A DNA stretch of 64,000 bases from Adineta vaga. Lineage: Eukaryota; Animalia; Rotifera. The position numbers were made by a program, and so were the translations under genes. The notes beneath the pieces were generated by a model. The model did not search any database, was not told the DNA's origin, and worked only from the letters and a program-made list of their open reading frames with translations. Where the stretch lies: positions 14,322,001 through 14,386,000 of the forward strand of contig CP075496.1 of the NCBI GenBank assembly GCA_021613535.1. The letters are read 5' to 3'. Positions 13,362-27,332 of the stretch are shown here, one piece after another. Within the stretch, counting starts at the first letter, position 1; each line of letters opens with the position of its first letter.

Positions 13362-13919
13362 TGTTTAATTAATCTATTATATGAACATTATACTCGAAAT
13401 CAAAGACGATCTTTAAAAAATAATAAACAAATAACTCAGAAGGAGTAGAGAAACTATCTATCGTAAAGAAAATCAATATGAAATATGAATCAGTTTTTTT
13501 CTTTTCATTGGATAAGATTTTATCTAAGAATAACATAGATGGCGTTCATGTCACTAGTATTAAACTTGAAACTTGAGTTTTCATATCAAGAGAGCAAGAG
13601 TTCTTTTCAATATCTTCTTTAAAAGGGAACTCAATTGTCGTATCATCGATTCTCTTTTCATTTCACTATATGAAATCAATCACATAATAAACAAATCTTT
13701 TTTTAATTAAAAATTAAATAAAACGATAAATATGATTAAAGAAAATACATATAACTAGATCTTTCGACTCATCCAGAAATCATCAGCAATAGAACAAAAT
13801 ATACACAACAAATTGATTTTATATGATGGAAATGATCGATCTTGAATTATTTTCATTGTTTTATTCCATTTTTGATCAAGTTATCTATTCAGATGATTTT
13901 ACAAGATTCTTCTCTAGGA

Positions 13920-14445
13920 GAAAGAGAATAATGAAATATTTCTTCATTTTGTTTATTTATGTGTATACATAATGATAAAACCAATCTCATCAAGAAAAAC
14001 ATTGCACGATATTGTTTTTTTTTAAAAGAGAAAAATAAATAAATGAAATCTTTTTATAAAGTGTTGATTTCTCCCATAATATTAATACGTCGATTTTGAC
14101 ATTTTTTCACGGAAATTTCTTTTGCAACCTAATAGAAAAACAGAAAAGTTTAATTAGATAATCTTTCTTAATAAAATTCACCTGTTCTTTAAGTTGTTTT
14201 GTATAAGAAATTAAAAGATTTAATTTTTCTTTAAGATCTTGTTCTTCTTTCGATGAATTCGATGCTTTTTCTTGTAATTCTTTTTGTTGTAAACGATTTC
14301 TTTCAATAGAAATTTTCTTTTGTTGAAACGAATTGATGAGACGATCAACAAATTTATATGAATCACGCATAGAAAATAAACGTAAATATTGAATCAATAT
14401 TTTTCAAAAATGTTTTTAAATCTAAAAACAAAATGAAATTCATTT
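13920..14445 (-). pseudogene. Duplicate of the CDK5RAP3 3' end (last exons and 3' UTR)
   Basis: Near-identical to ~16730-17270, with a 26-bp deletion between two AAATAAACG repeats; no 5' part. Confidence 0.92.
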
Positions 14446-14451
14446 TACTAG

Positions 14452-14771
14452 GGTGCTCGAACACATCTTTACAAAAAAGAAGATGATTTTCGAAAAAGAT
14501 TCTTCAATAAAATTCTTACCGAATAGCAGCTTTAACATGTTCCATTAATTCAGGTCCAACACCATCTCCATGAATTAATGTAATTGTATATTTCCCTCCG
14601 TAAGCTGTTCTCCATGATGTATTGAACTAATTTTTAAAAAAAGAAAGAATTCTTTTAAACAAAAAATAAGAAAACAAAAAAAACTACAAACATTTGTTGA
14701 CATCAAACGACACGATGGGATAATTGATGAAAATATCCGACGAGTATTTATAGTTTTAGAATAGATTGCAT
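14452..14771 (-). pseudogene. Duplicate of the IDH3G 5' end (first two exons and start of the third)
   Basis: Matches 13053-13361 (MQSILK..., [28 protein letters not shown]); has an indel in exon 1 and is truncated at the junction with the CDK5RAP3 copy. Confidence 0.9.
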
Positions 14772-15767
14772 TGTTTAGTAAATCTAAATAATCTACTCTA
14801 TTAAAGAAGATATTACAAGAATAGTAAAAAAATAAATCAGTATAACTTTTGAAATATGAATGATTTATCCTTTTATTTTCCTATTGAATGCTGAAGATAC
14901 TATATTATATGAGAAAATCACATAGATGGCGCAAATTTATAAATAATCAAATGTATGAAAACGAATATATTTACATTACATATAAGATTGGATACGAGAC
15001 TCAATATAAATTTATCTTTCTCTATTTATATTGGTAAACAAAAATGATTTTTTCAATAGAACGAATATTTAACTCGAAAAAATATGGCTTAAGATAGTCT
15101 TGATGTTGGGATCGAAGATGTGTTAATTCATCAATAATGTGATTTTGACATATGAGACACGAAGAAATTTACTTATTTATGTTAACTTTAATTTAATTTG
15201 TTTTCTATTGAATCAACTTCATGATATAATGATTATGTTAGAAGTTTTCCAAAAGCGAATGTTTATCTTTTCAATGGTTTGATGTTGAACAATCATATTC
15301 TATATCAGCGACTGCTTGAAAAATACCATATCCAAGAGCATATGCTTCTTCGGGACACACTTAAGTGTTGGTTATAAGAAAGTTTGAACGTAGAAAACGA
15401 ATAACCCGTCGCTTTACTCGAACTTTATCCGCCCTATACTATTGCAAAGGACCAAAAACATCAACATCATTATATTAATCTATATCTACGAGATGTCATT
15501 AGTGATCGATGATATTATATATTTCAGTCGTTTTTGAGAAAATCTAATACAGTTGTGAAAAACATATTTTTGATATTTTTCAAATATTTAACACTATTAT
15601 TTCAATTTTAAAAATTAAAATAAATTCAATCAAAAGTATTTCGTTGTATTGATCCTCCCGTTCAAAGAAAAAAGGATTTCATTGTTTCTTTGTGTTCAGT
15701 GAATAAAAGCTTCGAAAGTAAATTCTATTTCACGTCATTTCGTTGGATTAATTTGTTTAAGAAGAAA

Positions 15768-16199
15768 ATGTGTTTCACTAAGGTAAATCGTTCCTTTTTG
15801 TTTTTTTAGAATCATTTTGTTCAATTTTTCGTTCAATAAAAAGATGGATAATACCTTACCACTTCAAAATCAAGAAGTAAACTACATAACCCATATTGTT
15901 GAAAGATTTAAATCTTATGCTAAACATTTTTACTCTTTTAGAACGTTAATCCAGCAACAGGTTTAACCAAAAACGAAGAACAAAATATACTATATATAAT
16001 AACTCAAATGCAACAATCAATGAATTCAATACGTAATGATGTATCTGAATTAAAACAAGGTCTTAGTGACCTAACGAATAAAATCAAAAAACAAGATAAT
16101 TCTATCCAAAAACTAACTGAAGAATTAGCAAAGGTCAAACCCATGTGTCGAGATAATTCTAGTGGATCGACTTCACCAGAAGCTTCAACAGATCTTTAA
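15768..16199 (+). CDS. Small (~100 aa) coiled-coil protein, 3 exons (15768-15782, 15844-15876, 15942-16199)
   Basis: In-frame GT-AG joins lead into ORF 16008-16199; heptad-like MQQSMNSIRNDVSELKQGLSDLTNKIKKQDNSIQKLTEEL. Confidence 0.6.
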
Positions 16200-16850
16200 A
16201 AAAAGAACTTTGTATTTGTTTATTTGTGTTTGTTTTAAATAGGTTATAATCGAGAAAAAAAGAAAAAAAGATTTTATTTTCTTAATTAACAAATATTGAT
16301 TCGAGTGTTTTCTTTTCGTTTTGTGTGTTTCTTGTGTGATTATACATATTAATTGACGTTGAAGTTCTTGTTAGCATTCGAACAGTAGACGTTCATTTAT
16401 ATTATATGTGTGTTATTAATTGTACATTGAAATCGTTAAGTTACATTTCAACAATAAATAATGAAATTGACTTTGTAAAGACCTTCGATGATAAATCTGA
16501 TAAAAGAAAACGTGAGCGCGAAATTTCGAGTTTACGTTTTATAACCAATAAAACTCAATGTTTTTATTATTAAAAAAATCTTTCTCTTTGAACAAGTAAT
16601 ATGAAAAAAAAGGAAAGTTTATGCCGTTTTATTTTAGAAAAATATTCTTCTATTCTTATTGAAATAGTTAAAAACGGTAGATCTTTCGATATTTGCATTG
16701 TCGAGTTATTCAAAACATAGTGTAAATGATGAAATATTTCTTCATTTTGTTTATTTATGTGTATACATAATGATAAAACCAATCTCATCAAGAAAAACAT
16801 TGCACGATATTGTTTTTTTTAAAAGAGAAAAATAAATAAATGAAATCTTT

Positions 16851-19004
16851 TTATAAAGTGTTGATTTCTCCCATAATATTAATACGTCGATTTTGACATT
16901 TTTTCACGGAAATTTCTTTTGCAACCTAATAGAAAAACAGAAAAGTTTGATTAGATAATCTTTCTTAATAAAATTCACCTGTTCTTTAAGTTGTTTTGTA
17001 TAAGAAATAAGAAGATTTAATTTTTCTTTAAGATCTTGTTCTTCTTTCGATGAATTCGATGCTTTTTCTTGTAATTCTTTTTGTTGTAAACGATTTCTTT
17101 CAATAGAAATTTTCTTTTGTTGAAACGAATTGATGAGACGATCAACAAATTTATATGAATCACGCATAGAAAATAAACGATCTAATTGTCGTTGAGAAAT
17201 AAACGTAAATATTGAATCAATATTTTTCAAAAATGTTTTTAAATCTAAAATCACAATAAAATTCATTTTTATCTTCATATCTTCTTTTTTTATACCATTT
17301 TCATTGATTTTTTGAATGAAACTCGGAGCATTTTGCATGATAAATGTCATGAGAATTGTTTCATTGACATGATATTCATTAAGACGTTGTTTTAAAAATG
17401 ATTGAATCTAAAAAGAAAAAAGGATTAACAGATAGAATAAATAATCCAAACTGACTCGATGAAGTTCATGAATGAATGATATATAAGTTTGACGATTCTC
17501 TAATAATGTTAACGCATCATTTCCACGAGCAATTCCATCATCAACTATTGAAGGAAAGAAAACAAAAAAAGAAATTTTGGAAGAATGAAAAATAGAATTT
17601 ACTTGAATGATTTGCACCATTCGTAGCAGCTTCTCGTAAAGCATCAGGAATTGAATTTGGATTATTTCCATTTGATGATAAAGCAGGATCAAGTAATTCA
17701 GGAACTGTATCAATAGCAGACCAATCAATTTCAGGTTCCTAAAACAAAACAATAAAAGAAGGGTTTTCTTTCTAAATGAAAAATGAATTGATTTTTTCAT
17801 ACAATATCAAAATCAATAACATCCGATTGTTCAACAGTTTGTTTAACTTCAATTCCTTGAATACTTGTTGTTAAATCTTCATCATCTAATCCAAGAATAA
17901 GATTTGATTCAACATCATTACTTTCTGTTGTTTCTGCAAATTTATAGTTCAATGCTGGTCGTTCAATACTAACAGGAATATGTCCTCCTGTTTTCCATTG
18001 ATAAACAGTTGTATTTCCATATTGAATTAAATAGTTAAGAATGGGTAAATATTCTTCATTCGAAGATTTTGTTGTTGAATGAAAATGTTTCATAAATTCT
18101 AAATAAAATTCTACTGTTGATTTTAATAATTGAATTAAACTTGTTTCATCATTTGCTAATTCATTACAAATATTTGGTAATAATTCAATACGTTGAATTA
18201 ATTCTTTTTGAACATGATCACCCTTAAATAAAAGATTCTTCTTATTTAAAATCGTAAAAACAACTTTTTCAACAAACTTTAATTGACATTTCTTGACATA
18301 ATTGTAAATATTGTTTATCAATTTCATGAATAGTTTTATCTAATTCAGCATGACGTGAATGACATTCATCACGGATTTGTTGACATTTATTGATTTGTTT
18401 TTTTAAAGCTGGAATTTCAAAAGCCACATTTCGTTGAAGAATTTGTGAAGATTCAACTAAAAATTTCTTGATTTTGTTTTATTTAAAAAGAAATTGAAAT
18501 ATTCAAACCGAGATAAACGGAATTTTTTTCATAATTTGAAATAATTGTTTTCCAATCCTAAACGAATTTTTTTCATAGAAGAAATTCATTTTGAAAAAGA
18601 AAAAGAAATTACTTTCATTCGTTGAGATGAATACATTCCAAACATATTTTTACTTTCTTTTTCCGTTTCTTTTAATATTTCAATAATTTTTAAACAACAA
18701 AAATAATCCAAATCTAATTAAGAAAGAAAGAAAGATAAAGAAAAAGAAACTATTTCTTATTTTTCCTACATGAAGATCCAAGTAATCTTTTGATTTCATC
18801 ATGTTCCGGCATATCTAAAATAGCTTGTTGAATTTTTGCTCGAATAGCAACAGATCGTTGATTCCAATCTTTTGAGCAATGACGACGATCAACTAACCAA
18901 TCTATTAGAAAAATTGATTTCATTAGAAATCAAAAATATAAATAATTAAACGAACCAACAAGTTTTGTTAAATGAATATCAATTGTACTATCATCGATAG
19001 TCAT
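16851..19004 (-). CDS. CDK5RAP3: CDK5 regulatory subunit-associated protein 3 (C53/LZAP), multi-exon
   Basis: N-terminus IDIHLTKLVDWLVDRRHC, KNMFGMYSSQRMKDW, GNTTVYQWKTG, GIARGNDALTLLEN; C-terminus NRRINIMGEINTL*. Confidence 0.94.
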
Positions 19005-19400
19005 TTTCTTAGAGGTAATAAGAATTTAAATAGATCTACAAATAACATAAAATAATAACGAGACAATGGAATCTTTCACAAAAACAGTAGATAGAGGTTT
19101 GTGTTGTATGGTAAACTAGTAAAGCAAAGAAAAGACTTGCAAGATTGATTCAATGGCGGATGTCATAATATCGTTACGCTGGGTATCGTGACGTTTCGCT
19201 TTCAATATGCGGGGTATAGATATTAAGACATCTATGGGAGAAAGATATCGCTTGTTAATATCAGTTTTATGTTCTGAACGATGATTAAATCTAGAATGAT
19301 AAATGTTTTAATTTAATTCGAATGAATACATTTAATGTATTTATCAAATAACTTCGCTTTTTTTCGAAGGTGTGTTATTGAAAGGAAAAAGAAAAAAAAA

Positions 19401-22400
19401 CTAAAAAAGAACGTATGAAGAAGGATATTTCGCGATGATTAATCTTTCTTGATATTTTATTAAATATTTCATATTCATTGTTTGATAAAGCTAAAATAAA
19501 AGTTTTAATAAATAAAAAATGTGAAATATTAGAAACGAAAGAAGTTTTTACTTGAAGTAATTTATTATCATATTCTTGTTGTTGAGAAATTGATTTGTCT
19601 TCAAGTTGTTTTAAAACTAATTTCCAAAGTTTTCCATAAGATTTTTTCATTAAATAAAATTTCATATAAAAATTCGTTAATTTTGTATCATTAACATCCA
19701 AATGTTTTTGTAAAATTTTCCAAATATTTCCTAATTGATTTGAAATTTCTTCATTAATATTTGATAAATCACATAAAGACATTCCGTAAGATAAATAAAT
19801 ATCAATTAACCAATTTCGACGTTTTTCCATATCACTAAAATGTAACGAAAAGAATTTCTTATTTCATTTTCATATTTTCAATTCAATTACATTTTTGTAT
19901 CTTTTTCATTTGTTAACGAATTTTTTTGTCCAAAAAATTTCAAAATAAGATCTTCATCAAATAAAGGTAAAAGTTTGTCTTGAATAAATTGAATAATTTC
20001 ATTTAATTTTTCATCTTTTTTCTCATTGGTCAATTGTGATTGTTGTTGTTTGAATTGATTTTCAAGTTGTTGAAGACGAGCAATATGTAATGGAATATGA
20101 TCTTTTTGTTCATTTAATAATTCTTCATAAAGTTTACCTTGATCATCATTTAATCTAGAAGAAAATCAATGAATGAGAATTTCAAGATTAATTTCGATGA
20201 TTTACTTTGGTATCCATGAAATTTTCAAATCTCGTAAAGCTTCTTGATATTGTTGATCTTTTGAATTTGTTGTTCCATCATCAGTTGTTGATGGAGAATT
20301 ATTTTGTTTTTTTGTATTTGTATTTGATGAAGATTTTTTTGAAGAAGCTGATGATGATGTCGAAATTGGTTCAGTAAAATAATGATAAATAGAATTCATT
20401 TCCTTAAAAAAAAGAAATTTTATAAAAAGATTTCAAGAAATGAAAATTTAAATAAACGAACCAATTTTTTCATTTTCTCGTTTTTAGGAAATGTCATTGT
20501 TCCTTTTAAAAATGTTCCACTTATTGTATTAATAACTTTTGGAAGTCTAAATATGAAATGAAAATTTGAAATTTTCTAAAACTGAAATCAAACCAACTTG
20601 TCTTCTGGAACTGTTGTCATATAAATAGGCATTTGATGTCCCCATTGTAATTTAATTGATGATGCTTGAATTTTTTTCTTTTGTGTATGTAAAGCATCTA
20701 AGGAATGATAGAAATCTCCGGATGGAATTCCAGTCACTTTATGTTCAATATGTAAAGCTAAACCATTTCCTGATGTATCTTTTAATAAACGTTCTAATAA
20801 ATCAGATTTATCATGACGAATTTGCATTCGAATAAGAAAATCTCCTTTGTCTAATTTTAATGAATACTATTCACAATGAAAAAGACACATTAGTTATACA
20901 TATTTTCAATCAAATTTATTCTTCTTACATCTTTCATAACATCTCCTGAACCTAAATATTGTTTATTTGTATCGAAACACATCCAAAAAGCACCTTCATA
21001 TTCATTGTCATAAAGAAATTCATGTAAATATGGACATTTTACTTGAATTTCAGAAGCTTTTAACTAAATAAAGAAAACAAAATTAGTAAAGAATTTCGAC
21101 GAGGATGGGAGGCTAAGACTTCTGGCACTGCCATTACACACACAGTAATGTAAATTACATACACAAACAATTTGAATTTGGTGCATGTCTATCTATGAGA
21201 AAGAGACGAAAAGACATTGAAAATCTTACCAACGTGAAATTAAACACAAGAATTAATTGATAAATTTGTCTTTGTTCAGTTAAACAATCTCTTTTGGATA
21301 GAATTTGTATTTTACTTTCATCTTTATTTGGTCTTAGTGTTTGAACTAAATATTTCCAATTAATAATTGGTAAACCATAGATATCTTCATATGTATTAGT
21401 TAAACGATTTTCTAAAAGAAATCTTTCATAAGATTGACTACTACGTAAATGCATTGAAATCGAAGGTGAAATGAGAATTGAATGAAATCGTATAGAATAA
21501 TCTGTATCTATTATTGATAAACTTGACCACCAACGTGCTAAACATATTTCTAATGTTCGTTTATCTTGTACATTGAAATAACATTGAAATGTTGAATTGG
21601 GTGATAAACGTATTAATTTTTCAAATTCAGTTAAACGAAATGAACGACCAGGTTCAAGTTGAACAAAATGCAAATTCATTTGAGCAGATATATCAGACGA
21701 TTTGTTCATTATTTTGAAAGCTATGAATGAAAAAGATTCGAGTTAAGAAGAAAAAAGAAAGGATTTCAAAACAAACAAGCAATATTTGCACCAATTGGAA
21801 CTTGAAGAAAATGACGACGAATTTGACCAGCTTTAAATGTTTGAGAATTCAATTCTAATGTATAATTAGGTGTATTAACACTAAATAGAAATAAATATCA
21901 ACTAAAAGTTCAAATAAACATTCAAATATTACCTTAATGGTTTAATAATTGTTATTGGAAATCGAGTTAATGGTCCTGCATTAATTTGATTAATATCAAA
22001 TGCTTGTAATTCAGTAAAATGAACTTGATCTTCTTTTAAATGTGATGGATCAATGCGAATATCGAATGTTCGATCAATATAAGCTAAATCAAGAAATTTT
22101 CCATGTTGAACATAACTAACTGGTGGATCACAAATAAATGATAGACGACAACCAAATTTAATTTTGACTTCTTGATCTAAATATAAACATTGAATTTTTT
22201 CTTTAAAAAAAGAAAACCGAAAAGAAATTTGAAGAATTTACCATCATAAGTCACTGATTGATTATTTGATTTTGTTAAATATTTTGATTTAATTGTTAAA
22301 CGAATATCACCTGAACTTGTTTGAACATGATCAAAATCTCTTAAATAAATACCTCGTCCTTGTCCACCTGTAATATCTAATTGAATTTTTGATAAAATGG

Positions 22401-24510
22401 ATGGTTTAACTAATGAACGAATGTAATCCAATGCTTTATGTATTTGTATAAGACCAGCACCAACAGAAAATTCATCATCTAATTTTTGAGCAGTATTCAT
22501 TAATGCACGACGAATCAAGGACGGATTATATTCAATTTCTTCTTGTTTCAATGCACTTAATAAAAGAGCTAAAGAAAGAAATGAATAATTCGAAAAAAGG
22601 AAAAACAAATATTTCATTTTACCAACACAACCAGCAGCATTTGGTGATGCCATTGATGTTCCATTCATTAATTGTCTTTGACATAAATTATATTGAGGAA
22701 CACTTGTAATAGCAGCACCAGGTGCACTAATACAAACTCCTAACCATCCATCACTACATGGACCACGTGATGACCAAGTAAATGGTGTTGTACAGCCAGT
22801 ACATTCTCTCAATGCATATTCAGCTAATTGCATTTCTGGTGTTACGTAAGCACCAACACCTTGAGAAAGAAAAAAAAAGGAATTTTCATATGAAATACTT
22901 CTCCTAACTTACCTACCGATAAGATTTGTGCACGTTGCACCTGGTGCACCAGTTGTACTTAAAGCAGGACCATTATTTCCAGCTGATGAAACAAATATAA
23001 TTCCATGTTTTTCTACAGCTTCATTAAAAAGATCTTGAACACGTCTAAAATAATTTTCTTCTTCAATTTCTTTTTTTAAAAGAAAATCTTTTACCCAGAA
23101 TTTGGAATATGACAATCTTCACCATAACTCATATTGATTATATCAACTTTATAATCAATACAATATTTAATCTAATTAAAATGAAATAAATATTTTTTGT
23201 TTGAATCAAAAAAGACAAACATACAGCACGAATTAATGATGGAATTGTTTCCATTGTTGATAAACGATGATCACCAATATTGATTGATAACAATTGTGCA
23301 CCAGGTGCAACACCATTTTCTTCTGATGAATCACCAAAATAAGCAGCAGATATAGCTCCCACATGAGTTCCATGAGATCCTAAAGAATGAAATATTTTCA
23401 ATGTTTTTAAATTCTCAACAAAATTCACCGCCAACAACAACAATTTCTAAAACATTAATTTCATGATGAATTTGTACTGAATATGTCACCATATCTAAAT
23501 CAAATAAATTTCTTTAAATAAACAAAATTTTCTTCAAACACACAAACCAATAACACTAAATGTTGCAAATTCATGTGAATCATAATAATTCGTTAAACAT
23601 TTCGATTGTTCAAGATCTCCTTGTTCGGATGTATCAATACATGCTCTAAACATTTATAAAAATCTGCTTCTTTTCTTTTTCCTTTAATCTTTCTTCACAA
23701 TCTTACATCCATTTTTGTCCATCATTCCAAACAATACAATCAAGAAATGGTCCTGGATCATTATATTTCTTTTCTACTTCTTTTAATGCATCAACAAATG
23801 CTTGAAATTCTTCTCGAATTAATTTTTGTTCCTTTTTGAAAAAAGAAGAATTATTCAAATAAATTTCTTCCAAAACCATCAAATGGAATTTTTACTTCAT
23901 TTGGAGATGGAAATTTATTGATATGTTCATCAAGACGACGTTGGGCATCAACTAAAGCTTGTCGGTGTTCAAGATCAAAGAATTTTTCTCGACGTTCTTT
24001 CTAAAAAACTAAAATAATTGAAGAAAATGAAAAATTGTTCTTCTCTACACTTAATCGTTCAAAAGCACTGCTGGGAATCAATTGTTTTAATGCTTTAATT
24101 CCAATATGATAATTTCCAGATGGATTTTGCCATGTTGATGGAACTTTTAATTTTCTTCCCGATAAACCTTGAAGAAAATCACCATCTTGATCTGTAGATT
24201 TTGTTATTTTAACAATTGTTGAAATATCTACATCACCACTTCCAGTACTATCACGTAAATCAATTAATTTCACTTCTCCTGTACTTGTTTTCTAAAAGAA
24301 AAACTATTTTCTAAAACAAAATCGAATGAAAGCAAATACTTGAAGACCATTTGCTAAAGGATCAATTCCTGTATCAATAATTGCAATTGTTACTTGTCGA
24401 CCATCATATTGAGGATGTTTAGTTAATAATTGTAAAGCACCAGTCGGTTGTTTAGGTAAAATACCAGCAACTGGAAAATGTGTATCGATTTCAACAGATG
24501 ATAAATTCAT
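19401..24510 (-). CDS. TPP2: Tripeptidyl-peptidase II (subtilisin S8 family), multi-exon
   Basis: FPVAGILPK, catalytic motifs IAIIDTGIDP, SHGTHVG and LMNGTSMASP, SSAGNNGPALST, TWSSRGP; C-terminus KYPSSYVLF*. Confidence 0.96.
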
Positions 24511-25095
24511 ATCTACAATTTAAAGAATTTTTTAACAAAAAAGTCTTTATCAGTTACTCTTCATAAATATGAATCATCAAATATATGTCATGAGAATGAG
24601 TTTGATATTAGTAATCGAAGAGTTAATATCAAAAGCTGATTCTAAAAAATTCCATAGTCATGTTAATATATGTATCATATTTCATTGAATAATTCTTGTT
24701 AATAAGTAAAAAGATTTGAACAAAAAAAAATATATTCTGTAATCTATTAGAAAAAAAAATAGAATGAATAAATATTCGAATTGAAAGAAAAACAAAGAAC
24801 GGGAGTCATATGTTTTATTTTCCGAATGATTATCATGTCGATGTTATAAAGAAGAAATATAAAACAGAAAGAAAGAAAGAGAGCGTATGTATACAAAGTA
24901 AAGAGCAAAAAAGCGAAATGATCAGTTTAGAAAAATTCTATAATTCAACTTTCGTCGAATAACGAATCAAAATTCTTTGTTTTTTTTAAATAATTCTGAA
25001 TAAATATAAATGTAAAATAAAAAAAAGAAAGAAAGAAGGGGGAATGCACTGACACGAACCGGTCTTTAGTCTTTTTTTCTGAATTTTTATCAATT

Positions 25096-25876
25096 TTATG
25101 AAGCCCATTCAGCTAATTCAGCTAATGGATCTTTCTTCGCTTTATTAGCTGAAGGCGCAACCGGTTGGGCATAAGTTCCTGTATGAATAGGTACTTGTGG
25201 TAAATCAATTTGAGCCATTTCTTTTGATAAGGCTTCTTGTTCTAATTGTGCTAATTCATTTTCCAATTCAAATTCATCAATTTCAGCACCAAATCCTAAA
25301 TAAAACAAAGAATCTTTTCATTCCTATTCAAATTTAATTTCAAACAAACCAATTGGACTTGAAATAGCATTTGCAATTTCATTTGACAATTCATGTTGTT
25401 CAGCTAATTCATCCATAATATCTTGAACACTATCAACATCTAATTCTTTATGAACATTTTTCAAAGCACTTGTTGCACTTTTCAATGCATTAAATGCTTG
25501 ACCATTCATTGATGCATTCTAAATAATTAAAATTGTATCATTAAATCTCTTCGAATTCTTTTACTTGTAAAGCTTCACGTTGATATTCAAGTGTTGTTAA
25601 TGTTCCATCGATTTGTTGTAAGGTTTTTTCTAAACGTTTCTTTCTTTTTAATGCATTTAATGCATTACGTTTATTTGTTCGAGCATCACGACGTGCAATT
25701 GCTGTTTCTTCATTAATTTTTGCTTCTAAATGTTCGACTTTTTTGTTTAAAACATCCTCAACATCACGTAACTGTTGAATTGCTTCTTGTGGTGTTTGAG
25801 CTGTTTTAACTTTAGCACCACCTTTTCCAGAACCACCAAATACTCGTGATAAAACACCACCTTTATTTCCACTCAT
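25096..25876 (-). CDS. CHMP4: ESCRT-III subunit CHMP4/SNF7/Vps32, 3 exons
   Basis: TPQEAIQQLRDVEDVLNKK, ALKRKKRLEKTLQQIDGTLTTLEYQREAL, ISSPIGFG, C-terminal LAELAEWAS (ALIX-binding-type helix). Confidence 0.96.
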
Positions 25877-26695
25877 GATCAAGAATATTTTTCGATGAAA
25901 TAAATAACTAAAAATAAAGAGACATGTTTATCAATGATAAGAATATTTATGAAGCTGATTAGAAAAGAATTCTGACGTCGTTCGAGTTCTTTCTATGATG
26001 ACTTATATATCAAGTAAATCATATGAATGACTAAATGAATTATTCGACAAAACAACAATAAACAATCAACTTCATATCGAGAAAAATAATAATATATCGT
26101 CATCAGGAGGATTGCTATGACTAACTAAACGAGATTTTTATTGGGTAAACTAACGTTTTTGAATAGATGTCACTTTAATACATAATAATATTCAGAATAT
26201 ACTCGAATATTATATTTATCATTCAATGACATTTTATTCGTAGATTTCCTTGTATGTTTATCAGATAATATAAATAAAAATATCTTTCTTTCATATACAA
26301 TAATCTGAATCTTATTTAAAATAATTGAACTAAATATTTTATCCTCTTGAAATATCTTTTTCTTTTAAATTACTATGTCTACGATTGAAAAGGGTAATAT
26401 TTCGAACAATGAATTCGATAATGACGACATTCTTGCTAACTTTGATTACTCCAGAAAGCATCTAAAAAGATTAATTTTGGAATTTCCACAACAATATTGT
26501 TCAATATAGAGATAAAATATAATATCTAGTAATGAATAACAACACATAGACAATATATAACATTGAATACGTAGATGAAATGAGAAAAGCAAATAGAAAT
26601 GTTATACAAAAAGAGAAAAAGTTTCACAAACATAAATATGTATCACAAGATCGATCAAATGAAAAAACAAAATCATTTAAAAATCAACTGCAATG

Positions 26696-26950
26696 GCTTA
26701 TTTCAGTTTCAATAATGATCGTATCAAGAGTATATTGTCAACTTGTTCTGGATTTATATTTGATCGACGTTGATTCATTATCAGTTCCGCACTCGAACGC
26801 TAACATTCGACTTCAGTCGATGTGGCTAATTTTGAAAGTAAAGAAAATGTTTCTGAATGGCATTTTCAAAATTCAAAGGGTTGTCAGTCAACGATGATTT
26901 ATTGATTTGTATTTTGCCAGATATTTATCCAATTCATCTAATTTTTTAGT
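26696..26950 (-). mobile_element. hAT transposase relic (C-terminal dimerisation domain)
   Basis: Minus-strand translation with frameshifts and a stop: DELDKYL...DNPLNF(W)KCHSETFSLLSKLA...ATSTEVEC*..SAELIMNQRRSNINPEQVDNILLIRS, fitting the hAT dimerisation-domain consensus. Confidence 0.75.
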
Positions 26951-27154
26951 ATGGAATGGATATTCATCACTTTCATAACTACTATATAGTGTAGAGTAAA
27001 TTAATCATAACGAATAGAAAATTTGTTCACGAAAAATAGCAGTGATAATTAAATAAAAGCATCGATGATTTCTAGTGATACCTATAATACTTTCACATAA
27101 CACCAAAACTTTTCTTGGAGAGCGTTTTGAATTTAATTCCAATATAGAAACTAT

Positions 27155-27246
27155 CAGGGCAAAGAGTTATGCCCTGAGAATGTCGCCCTGCAGGGTGTTC
27201 AGAGCAGCCGAAGACAGGGCAGGGCATCAGGACGTACTGCCCTGTG
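27155..27246. repeat. GC-rich CAGGGC/GCCCTG inverted motif cluster, probable DNA-transposon end
   Basis: Several CAGGGC and GCCCTG motifs in opposite orientations, next to the hAT relic. Confidence 0.45.
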
Positions 27247-27332
27247 ACGGTCTCTCTGATATGATCTTAAAACAAGCGAACTAGTTGCATACAGTGAGAC
27301 TAAAATTACGTATTGTAGTTTGCATGAAATAC

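Noticed and set aside
26580-26897. 105-aa ORF on the + strand
   Set aside because: Overlaps the minus-strand hAT transposase relic and has no recognisable features.
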